NCBI RefSeq assembly: GCF_006345805.1
Contig: NC_043000.1
Span: 20,708,001 to 20,772,000, forward strand
Origin: Octopus sinensis
Taxonomy: Eukaryota
Direction: 5' to 3'
Length of the DNA: 64,000 bases
Shown here: positions 40,601 through 52,900 of the stretch, piece after piece
Numbering within the stretch: position 1 is the stretch's first letter
Layout: each line of letters begins with the position of its first letter
Notes under the pieces: generated by a model
The model's input: the letters and a program-made list of their open reading frames with translations, nothing else
Database searches by the model: none
What the model was told of the DNA's origin: nothing
Translations under genes and position numbers: made by a program

Positions 40601-43600
40601 TGGAACCAAGTAGTTGGAAAGCAAGCCTCTTGCCACACAGCAACATCTGTGCCTATTATATACCTCCCATGATGATCATTGTTGTTGACCATTTGATTAC
40701 ACTTTTCCATGTTTGCCTGAGTCTGACATAATTCATTGAGATGGGTTTTCTATTGCCAGAAGACTGCCTGGTTGCCAACTCTCACTTGTTTCTAAGCAAG
40801 GTAATATTTCCCCATCACCAGGAAGACAGGAAATGGACAACACCACTTGTATTACAGTAGCACTTACTCTCTTTTACTCACTTTTACTCTTTTACTTGTT
40901 TCAGTCATTTGACTGTGGACATGCTGGAGCACCGCCTTTAGTTGAACAAATCAACCCCACGACTTATTTACTTTTAAGCCTCGTACTTATTCTTATTGGT
41001 CTCTTTTGCCGAACTGCTAAGTTATGGGAACATAAACACACCAGCATCGGCTGTCAAGCGATGCTGGGGGACAAACACAGACACACAAAAGTATACACAC
41101 ACACATACACACACACATATATATATGTGTGTGTGTGTGTGTTTGTGTTTGTCCCCCCACCATTGCTTGACAACTGATGCTGGTGTGTTTAAATCCCATA
41201 ACTTAGCGGTTCAGCAAAAGAGGTCAATAGAATAAGTACTAGGCTTACAGAGAATAAGTCCTGGGGTCAGTTTGTTCAACTAAAGATGGTGCTCCGGCAT
41301 GGCTGCAGTCAAATAACTGAAACAAATAAAATAATAGTCTTATAGTTTTATAGACACAGGCGTGGCTGTGTGGTAAGAAGCTTGCTTCCCAAACACATGG
41401 TTCCAGGTTTAGTCCCACTGCATGACACCTTGTGTAAGTGCCTTCTACTATAGCTTCAGGCCGACCAAAGTCTTGTGAGGGAATTTGGTAGATGGAAAAT
41501 GAAAGAAGCCTGTCATATATATGTATATATTTGTGTGTCTGTTTGTCACCCCACCCAACCACTCACCAATGCTTGACACCCGATGCTGGTGTGTTTACAT
41601 TCCCATAACTTAGTAGTTTGTCAAAAAGAGATCAATAGAATAAGTACTAGGCTTCCAAAGAATAAGTCCTGGAGTCAATTTGTTCAACTAAAGGTGGTGC
41701 TACAGCATGTTTCAAATGACTGAAACAAGTAAAAGAATAAAAGAATAGTTTTTTAAAATCATTAATCAACAACAAATTTCTTTTCGTGAATTACAACTAT
41801 GGTTTTTATTATGACTTTTTGAAATACCAATGTGGAACGAAAATGGTCATTATGACCCAATGTGGAGCAATACTCCCATTGGAGCTTAAAAACCATTGAA
41901 AGACAACAAAAGCTTAGGAAAGCCATACATATAACACTCGTAGTCATCACCTGCGGCAAACAGCTTCATCCCAGTATGAATTCTTATTGATGCCGGAAAA
42001 CTTACATAGTCTTCTTATAATACAGTTGTGTATATGTGATAATACCATTAATCAACGCTTACAACTACAGTTTCCCCTAATATTAAATCATTGCTTTGAT
42101 ACAAGGTTTTGGGGTGTTAATTAGGTAATTGCTTCAATTTCCAAAATATTACTGGTACTCGTGTTTTTGATCACAGATTCACAGCTGGTACCATCACTGT
42201 GCTTCAAATAGGATTTGAACTCAGAATATAAAAGGGTTCAATTAAATGCCACAGGTACTGGTATGGCTGTGTGGTCAAGAAGTTTGCTTCCTGACCATGT
42301 GGTCTTGGGTACAGTGCCATTGGGCAACACCTTGTCCAAGGTGCTAGCTAGTGGGACCGAACCGTGTCTTCTAACTGAACAAATGTCTTCTACTATAGCC
42401 CCAAGCCTTGTGAGTGGACTTGGTAGGTGGAAACTGAAAGAAGCAGCAAGCTGGCAGAAATGTTAGCACGCCGGGCAAAATGCTTAGCGATATTTCGTCT
42501 GCAGCTACGCTCTGAGTTCAAATTCTGCCGAGGTCAACTTTGCCTTTCATCCTTTCGGGGTCGATTAAATAAGTACCAGTTATGCACTGGGGTCGATATA
42601 ATCGACTTAATTCGTTTGTCTGTCCTTGTTTGTCCCCTCTGTGTGTAGCTCCTTGTGGTTAGTAAAGAAATAGGAAACTGAAAGAAGCCCATCATATAGT
42701 GCATGTGCATATGTCTATGTATTTGTGTATGTGTGTGTAATGTGCTTTTGTGTGTACTCTTGTCTTGACATCATTTGATGATTGTAGACAAGCATCACCA
42801 TCATACAAGAGAGGTTTTTCATTTCCAGTCTTCTATGAATAACATGTCTAGCTTTAGGAAAATATTGCCTTATTTGGAAACAGGTGAGGATTAGTAGCAA
42901 CAAGGGCATTCAACCATAGAAAATTTGCCTCAGCGAATTCTGTCTGACCCCCAACAAACAAGGGGAAATGGACGTTAAATGATGATGAAAGTATTTCATC
43001 AGGCAATTTCCCAGTTTGGTTATTCACTGCTTTTCCATTTGTTGTTGTCATTTAGCTCTCGGTATGACAGTAAGTGGTATGGTAGTTTGGGTGTTAGTTT
43101 ATGGTCATTTGGTTGTGGATTTGATTCTGGGACCAAAACACAAGTCAATACTTACCACTCTGTTACAACCACTAAGCATGAGTGAACAATTGGATCTCTA
43201 CATAAAGTCTGCAAAAGATATCCACCAGATTTCCCCTCAAGTCACATCTAACACCTTAATAAATGAACTCAATGGATAATGTAGTCCTAGGAGTAATATA
43301 CCATCAAGAAAAGGATGAGATGATTATGGTTTGAACATCTATGGTTACAGGCCTACTTAATCAGGACTGACCTGGGGTTAAAAAAACAGCAACAGCCACT
43401 CGGCTACTGATGTACAATGAGTCCTCTCTCTCTCTCTCATGACTTCGTTGTGATCCTGGCTTGGGGATATTTTGTTATTGAGGTTAACTCATCTATATAT
43501 ACACTACTGGATGGCTGTTGACTCTTTGACAGGTCTTGTTTTTCACCTCAGAGGGTGTCCAAATCCCCCTCTTTACCAAGCAAGCTTGTTGGAGTTGCTG

Positions 43601-44382
43601 GCTTTGTCGTCAACAACCCAAAAATGCAACATGTTGCACTGGGTTACATGTTACCAGTAGCACTCAAGAGTGACCTAACTAAGCCCTACACACATAATTC
43701 ATCATCGTTATTTAACATCCATGTTCTATACTGGCATAGGTGGAATGGTTTGACAGGGTCTGATAGACCCAGGCATTAAATATTCATGTTTTTAAATTTT
43801 TTATTTTGTAATAATTAATCATCACTAGTTTAACACTAATTTAATACTATAATTATTTGTTACAGAGTAGACCTAGAATTTTCTACTGACCATGGTCTAA
43901 CTTGGAATAAATTACATGATCACTGTTTACCTGGAACCTGTAATGGTCGGTTCATGCCATTACATTCTTCTTATGAAACGTCTGATTTTGACCTGTAAGT
44001 ATTTTATTCTTCAACATTTGTTGCAAATGTGTATTTTCTTGCTAGACTGCTTTCAATTCCAGACAGCTTTCTTTTTGATTTGTTCAGCTGTATTTTCAAC
44101 TATTCATTTAATAATAGCATTTTCTTGCTGCAGTATATTTTTCTCCCTTCCAAGTCTTGGTTTCATTATTTAAATAATAACAACAACAATAACAATAGTG
44201 ATGATAATATAATACAAATTGTAATAATAGTGATGAAAATAATAATAATAATAATCGGTGATAACAACAAAAATAATATTAATACTGATGAAAATAATGT
44301 AATAACAATAAAAATAATAATGGTGATGAAAATAAGTGGTAATAATAATAATAATAGCAATAAAAATAATAATATTGATGAC

Positions 44383-44413
<31 letters not shown>

Positions 44414-45550
44414 GAACAGCAAAGACAAAACTGAAGAACTCTCACTCATGTCGCTCATTTTTCAAAGTAGAATTTAAAATTATTCGAAATTTGCTGTCTT
44501 TGATCAGACTAATTCTTTTTGTCTTTGTACACTAATGAAGTGCTATTTTCATATTAAATATTTACACAATATTAATTACCAATATTAATTACAGTATTTT
44601 TTTTTTCCTTCAGCTCAGATGCATAGAAAAATTCATGGTTACAAAAATTTCAAAACTTCCTACAAAATCTGCTTTTTCTTTTCTTCTTCTTGTTCACTTC
44701 TTTTTCCCTTATTTATTGATTTTTATTTCTGTGTCTATGGCAACTCTTTTTAAATATTTCAGTTGGAAACGGTTTACATTACCTCTTCCAAATGGTGCCA
44801 TGATGCCTTATGTGAGGTTTAGATGGAGAAAGACTTCAGGTGGTGCTGCCAACTGGGCACTTGATAATGGTAAGTAATCCTGTAATTTTTTCGTTGGGTT
44901 TAGTCACTGGCCATGCTGAGACACCACTTTCAAGGCTTTTAGTTGATCAGATTGTTTTGTTTGTTCCTTCTTGAGCCATGCCTAGTTCATAAGGGCCGGT
45001 TTCCCAGTTTCCTTGGCATATAGGTTCCCCACCTGGACGGGACGCCAGTCTGTCGCAGGTGAGCTGCAAGATGCAGGAGGAAAGAGTAAGAGAAAGTTGT
45101 GGTGAAAGCGTCAGCAGAAGTTCGCCATTACCTTCTGCCAGAGCTGCGTGGAGCTTAGGTGTTTCACTCATAAACACACACATCGCCCGGTCTGAGATTC
45201 GAACCCGCAATCCCTCGACTGTGAGTCCGCTGCTCTAACCACTAGGCCATGTGCCTCCACCAGTTGATCAGATAGTCCTCAGTATTTACTTCAGTCTGCC
45301 ACTTGCTTTATTGATATCTATTTGTCTGACTGCTAAGTTCTGGGTCATACAGTGACGCGACATAGTACCAGGTTTTAGGCTTAAAATTATAAGCATGTAC
45401 GTAATAAATATACACTCATGCTGGAGCACTGCTTTGAAAGGTTTAATTGAACAAATCAATGTCAGTACTTATTCTGTCAGTCTCTTTTGCCATACCATTG
45501 TAATTGGGACATAAACAAACCAGTATTGGTTGTCAGGGTGTGGACAAACA

Positions 45551-45582
<32 letters not shown>

Positions 45583-48500
45583 CAGGCTTCCACATAGAAT
45601 CCATCTAGTAAATTCACTCACAAGGGATCGGTCATTTTGGGGCTGTGGGATGACCGCAGCAGCTGGGGAGCTGACCGGAAGAGGAAGGGGCAGGAGTGAT
45701 GCACGTGCAGGCAGGGGAGGATTGGGCCTTTTTCGATCGGTATAGTCGATAGGGCTGGGCATGTGAGTGCTTCGACAAGGTAAGGGAAAAGCAGCTGCTA
45801 TTTTTAGCGTTCGGGTCAGGCCACGTGGAAGGGTACGTTACCACCAGAGAGATCTGCGTTGATGAAGAGAAGGTAGGTGTCTTCAAATCTCCTGCATACA
45901 CTACAGGGGCTATAGTAGAAGACATTTGCCCAAAATGCTATGTAGTGGGACTGAACCCAAAACCATGTGGTTGTAAAGCAAGTTTTTTAACTACACAGCT
46001 GTCCCTATGCATATATAATGAATAAAAAAGCCTTCTTCATTGGTTAATACTACTTTATTTAAACAAGAAGGGAGACAACTGTGAACATGTTTATGCCTTA
46101 TTATGCCTTATTCATGGTGGGACAATTACTGTGTAAATGCACAAGAAAGTGCACAACTAGGGATTGCTATACAGGAGATCCATGGGTGCCACAGCAAGTA
46201 AGGAAACCAGTATGGTGGAGATGAGGTATCAGGCTGTAATATTATATTTAGTTTTTAGAGTGGTCGAAAGTAGAATTAGTGAAGCAATGTACTACATACT
46301 TTTTGGTATTTAGTTACATCTCATTATATTGTGAGTTCAACTCCCTCCAGGCCTGGTTATGTTTTTCATCTTTCTGTACCAGTAAAGTGTTTAATTTAAT
46401 TGACTGTTGTTACCCTTCAAAATGTCTGGCCTTGTATCCTCATTAAGAATTATTGATTACTTCTTTATACTTGCAATAATTAATTGTATCAGTTGTTTGC
46501 AGTATATCGCTAACTTGATCCTTGACACTCTGTCCCTGCTATACGATGAAAGTACTTGAGAAAATTAATTATAAGAAAGAGAAAACGAAGAAGAATGTAA
46601 AACTAACCAGACTGAAGAATGTAAAAGTCTATATTTAAAACGACCATCACAAATATCTGCTTCAGCAAATGAGTTCAGATCAAATCTATTACCCAACAGA
46701 TACAGAAAAAGAACACTCTAAATATATTTAACAATTACATACAGGATAACTTGACACTGAAATTGATACAAGATGGGAAAATGGACACATAATTAATCAA
46801 CAAACTCTGACTTGGTCTAAATTGTAACATATCTTTGCTTACATGTGTTTATCTATCCTCAAGTGTCTGCAGATATAGAATATATAAGAATCAAAGCTGC
46901 ATCACTGAAATTTAGATAACAAGTTAGTAGAGTGTCTATTGGGTAATCACTTTTGCCTTGAAATGTGTAAGAGTTTAGTTTGTATGTAAGTATGTGAATT
47001 TCTTAACTGCACAGCCAGGCATGCATGGCTGTGTGGTTAAAAATTTTTATCAAAACATGTGCTTTTGATTTCAATCCCACTGTGTAGCACCTTGGGAAAG
47101 TGTCTTCTGTTAAAGCCCTGTGCCAACCAAAACCCTTAATGAATTTGGTTGATGGAAAAAGAAGAAACCTGTCATACATATGTGTGTGTGTGTGTGCATG
47201 TGTGAAAATGTAACTGTAAGTACGGAAAAGTTGTAGGAGCGGAGGAACAGTATGAAATGTAATTTTTTTAATTTTCTCAGGTCAGATTATATGCAATAAC
47301 TACCCTAGATTATTGCAGGCATGTGCTGCCTCATTATTTCAACATTAGTTGTATGCTATCTTCAGATACCCATGTTAGTGAAAACTAAGTTTTATAATCA
47401 GTTGTGTCTGGGTAGAGTCATTTTCTTTTTGTGCCTTATAATGTAACACACTCACCGGTAAAATTTCCACTTATTTCTTATTTTTATTTTCCTAGAATCC
47501 TGCAAACCAAATCCAAAAACGAAATAAGTTTTATAATATATTCCCAAGTTGTCTGCCATTACTAAATGATTCATGTAATCCCATATGACTAATATTACTG
47601 GACATTGGCAGTACAAGCACCATCCAAACATTTTCTTGTCATTTGAGGGTCCTTTGTAGTAGCAAATCAGAGGTAGCTTGTTTCAGATTTTTCTTAGAAG
47701 AATATATTTCAGATATGTCAGAGTGAAAATGTGTCCCTCAGTTTGTAGCTAAAATTGCATCATAAATGGAAGGCAATGGGTCAAAGGTAAAAGAAAGTGA
47801 ATGATCTTTAGTGTGCTGACGATCTGAAGATTGTTGTTATATGGTGGATATTTTTAGACATAGCTCAAATATCAGATTGAAACAACTGGACACAGCTGTT
47901 CTGATGCTGATGACTTGCCACTGCTGACCGGACATTCAACTTGTTTTAATGACCATAGTTCATGGTGCCAAAGACAAACACACAAGCATGCTTATGCTTG
48001 CAGAAATATACACATACAGATGGAAAGGGTGAAAAAGAGATGGCAAGAGAGAGAGAGAGAGGGGGGAACATTACGATATCTTAATTGGATATGACTGACA
48101 TAAATACTTTACCTCGCCTCAAACACATAAACAGAGAGGTGGAAAGAAAGGAAACAAGAAAAACATTAACATGTCTGATAACTCAGTATCAAAAGCAGCA
48201 ACGCCAAACTGGCTGCACCAAAACTACTGTGCCAAAATATTATATACCCTCAATGATATAAATTTGTATATACTAGCAGAAATACCTGTCATTGACTGGG
48301 TTCAGAAAGAGCTTTCAAAAATTATACCCTGATTTATGAAAGTTACTGCTTCGATATTATTGACTGTTTTGTAGCGGAATATCCGCAAGCTCTTATTGCC
48401 AGGTTTCGACCCCAAAACTTGTAATATTTTACTAATGAGTCTGCTGATAGTCAGTCTCTTCAACTCTTTCTCTTTTCCTACGCTCTTTTCCTGAGAATGC

Positions 48501-49074
48501 TTAGGTAGTCCAAATCTAATTTTTTTCGGAGACATTGTATTAGGGTGAACTAATCTATAAGACAGGGGACTTAACTCATGTTAGCAAACTTATGGATTTC
48601 ACTGACGTGAAAATTGGTAAAAGTTATGGTTGCAAAGCTATTTTTACCTCTATCTGGGGGTGCCACGGAAAAATAAGTTGACAAAAGCACAGCCATGGTC
48701 GTGACCAATGTCCTCCTAAAATTGGAGCAGCATGCATGCTAATTTGTGGATGTGCATAAAGTACATACACTTACACACACACACAAACATCCTGCCTTCT
48801 ATAGATATATATAATTAAGATAGGTGTTAAATAACCACCTAAAGGATATTAAATATCCAAAGAACTTACTGTTTATTTACCTATATAAATAATATTGTTA
48901 TGAACTACTGCTCATAACGGATAGGTAAGAAATAAACAATCAGTTTATCAAAATATTAATATAAATTAGAAATGGAAACAAAATAATAAAATTTAATAAC
49001 TTAATAACTTAATCATTATATGATAAATTCAATTTTATTATTTCTATACAAACAAATTTATATTATATTATATC

Positions 49075-49105
<31 letters not shown>

Positions 49106-49894
49106 ATATATATAGCATCCAGCTGTAGAAACTTTGCCATATCAGTTTGAGCCTGGTGCAGTCTTCTGGCTCACCAGTCCTCAGTCAAACTGTCCAACCC
49201 ATGCCAGCATGGAAAGCGGATGTTAAATGACGATGATGATGATATATATAAAAAGTACCTTTGAATCGTGGGGCAACATTCCATCCTTGAGGAGACCTAG
49301 TGAGTCAAGTAAAACAAAATTAAATCAAATCACAATCAAATGGAAATTATAGTTGTGGGTGTTACCAGTGCTGGTGGCACACAATAAGCACCATTCATTC
49401 ATGCATGGGTCACTGCCAGAGCTGCCTAACTGTCTCCCCATGCTGGTGGCACATAAAAAGCACCATCTGAACTCTTGGAGTGGTTGGCGTTAGGAAGGGC
49501 ATCCAGTTGTAGAAACACTGCCAGATCAGACTGGAGCCTGGTGCGGCATCCTGGCTTGCCAGTCTCCAGTCAAACCGTCCAACCCATGTCAAAATGGACA
49601 TTAAACAATGATGATGATGATGATATATATATAAAATGGGGAAGGCTCATGCATTTTAAGACTCATATTATTTCCTAGTTTTCAGAAGGAAAAAATAATA
49701 CATTTACCATTTATTACTAGACGCGGCTGTGTGATAAGAAGCTTGCTTCCCACCCACTTGGTTCCAAGTTCAATCTTACTGTGTAGCATTTTGAGCAAGT
49801 ATCTTCTACAATAACCTTGGGCCAACCAAAGCCTTATGAGTAGATTTGGTGGACAGAAACTGAAAGAAGCCCATTGTGTGTTTGGGTGGGTGTA

Positions 49895-49944
<50 letters not shown>

Positions 49945-52900
49945 TGTACATCATCATCATTTAACGTCTGCTTTCCATGCTGGCATGGGTAGAATGGTTT
50001 GATAAGAACTAATTAGCTAGGAGGCTGCACCAGGCTCCAATCTGATTTGGCAAGGTTTCTACAGCTGGATGCCCTTCCTAATGCCAACCACTCTGGGAGT
50101 GTAGTGGGTGCTTTTTATGTACCACCAGCACAAGTGCCAGCTGGGCAGCACTGGCACTGGCCACACTTGAATGGTGCATTTTTACATGGCAGCACTGGCA
50201 TCAGCCACACTCGAATGGTGCTTTTTACATGCCACTGGCGCAGGTGCCAATCAGACGGAACTGGCATTGGCCACAACTACAATTTCACTCAGTTCAACAG
50301 ATCTTCACAAGCACGGCATATTGCCCAACAATTGAAGGATGCTTTTAAACAGGCCAGTTATGTGACACTGGCATCAGTTGATCTCACTTGGCTTGTTGGG
50401 TCTTCTCAAGCATGACATTTCTACTAAAGTCTCAGTCGCTTATCATTGCCTTTGTGAAGCCCAACATTCAAAGGTCATGCTTCACCACCTTATCCCAGGT
50501 CTTCCTGAGTCTACCTTTACCACAAGTTACCTCCACTGTTAGTGTGTGACACTTCTTCACACAGCTGTCCTCATTCATATGTATCACATGACCATACCAG
50601 CACAGTTGTCTTTCTTGCACACTACATCTGATGCTTCTTATATCTAACTTTTCTCTCAGGGTGTTTACACTCTGTCATGCATGCACACTTACATTACACA
50701 TCCAGCAAAGCATACTAGCTTCACTTCTTTCAAGCCTACACATGTCCTCATCCGTATTAGCCCATGTTTCATTGCCGTGTAATATCATCATCATCATTTA
50801 ACATCTGCTATCCATGCTGGCAAACTGGAAGGTTGCACCAAACTCCAGTCTGATTTGGTATGGTTTCTATGGCTGGATACCCTTCCTAACACCAACCACT
50901 CTGAGAGTGTAATGAGTGCTTTTACATGTCACTGGCACAGGTGCCATTTGTGTGACACCAGTATCTACCATGCAAATATATATATATATATATTGAAGGA
51001 AAGAAAATGGAGAAAAAGTTAATGTATGAATAATCTATTTGTATGATATAAAAATGTTAAAAAGTTTTTTAAAAAACATAACAATACAAATACATTGGTT
51101 CTAAGCTGTACAGCTAAAAAAAGATGTGAAAAAAATCTACATATACTCTTTACTCTTTTACTTGTTTCAGTCATTTGACTGCGGCCATGCTGGAGCACCG
51201 CCTTTATCGAGCAAATCGACCCCGGGACTTATTCTTTGTAAGCCCAGTACTTATTCTATTGGTCTCTTTTGCCGAACCGCTAAGTAACGGAGACGTAAAC
51301 ACACCAGCATCGGTTGTCAAGCAATGCTAGGGGGACAAACACAAACACACACAGACACACAAACACACACACACATACATATACATATATATACATATAT
51401 ATGACAAACTTCTTTCAGTTTCCGTCTACCAAATCCACTCACAAGGCATTGGTCGGCCCGAGGCTATAGTAGAAGACACTTGCCCAAGGTGCCATGCAGT
51501 GGGACTGAACCCGGAACCATGCAATTGGTAAACAAGCTACTTACCACACAGCCACTCCTGCACTAGTTAAAAAGGAATTCTAAGCATTTGGTTAAATGCT
51601 AAAAAAGTTATCATTTTATAACTATATGGGGTAGTACCTCTTCAAGGATTATGATGAATTTATAGAACTTAGATTAACATTTTCCCTTTGAAGTGTATCT
51701 AGGAGGTGAACTTTAGATATTTATGAATATCTATAGCTCACCACCTAGATACACTTCAAAGGAAAACTGTTAACCAAAGTTCTATGAGCTCATCATAACC
51801 CTGAAGAGATATTACCCCATATAGTTAAAAAAATGATACCTCTCTTAACATTTAACCAAATGTTTAGAATTCCTTTTCAACTAGGGGATAGTACTGAAGC
51901 ATATAAGTAGGGTTTTTTTCACATTTTTTTTTTAGCTGTACAGTTTATAGCCAATTTATTTGTATTGTCATGTTTTTAAAAAACTTTTCAACATTTTTAT
52001 ATCATACAAATAAATTATTCGCACATCCACTTTTTCTCCATTTTCTTTCCTTCAATATTAATAATATGCATTACTACAATAATCCCTAACCTATAGCAGT
52101 GGAATCTTTTGGATTATATAATCCCTAATATGGATCTAACTTCCTGTTATTGACTATATATATATATATATATAATGTGTGTCTGTGTTTGTCTCCCTAC
52201 CACCACTTTAAAACTTATATGAAGCCCAACTTTGCATATAAGACTCAGGGCAAGTTTTTTCTAAACTAATTTTTCAGAAAAATTATTATATGCCATCAAA
52301 GATGTTACTTCTTTTGAAGTCCTCTCTCAGCCAAAAAGAATTTTGTTTTTTTTAACTTCTGAGCTCGTAGTTGATTTACTCTTTGTTACTGATAATCAAT
52401 TTATGTTCTGTTCTCTGAGTGACACTACACAACATTCAAAGTCTGTCTAAACTGATCCCCAAAGTTTTTTTCTGAAATGGAGCAGCTTGTTTATGTACAT
52501 GTATTTTGCACTTTTCTCTCTCTCTCTTAAATCTTTAATAAATACATTTCTAGACATGTCATATAAATATAAAAATTCATAAAACACTTTTCATTGTCTG
52601 TTTTCTAAAAGTCTACATCGGCAGCTGTCCAGATGGATGTAACAACCATGGTGTATGCCGTGGAGATTCTTGTGAGTAAGTAAAATTTAATTTTCTTCAC
52701 CTCTTTCTGGTAAATCAAAAGTGGTTTTTGCCTTGATTCCTTCGTGTGTGTGTGTGTGTGTGTAATAACAAAGAATTATACATAAAGCTAAATACATTAC
52801 ATGTGAAGGCGCTTGGCTCAGTGGTTAGAGCGTCAAGCTTACAATCGTGAGGTTGTGAGCTCGAATCCCGGACCGGGCTGTGTGTTGTGTTCTCGAGCAA

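Noticed and set aside
52806-52880. tRNA-like sequences (also 5395, 5636, 40181, 45190)
   Set aside because: They have A/B boxes but no closed acceptor stem, and they run into SINE bodies; these are SINE heads, not tRNA genes.
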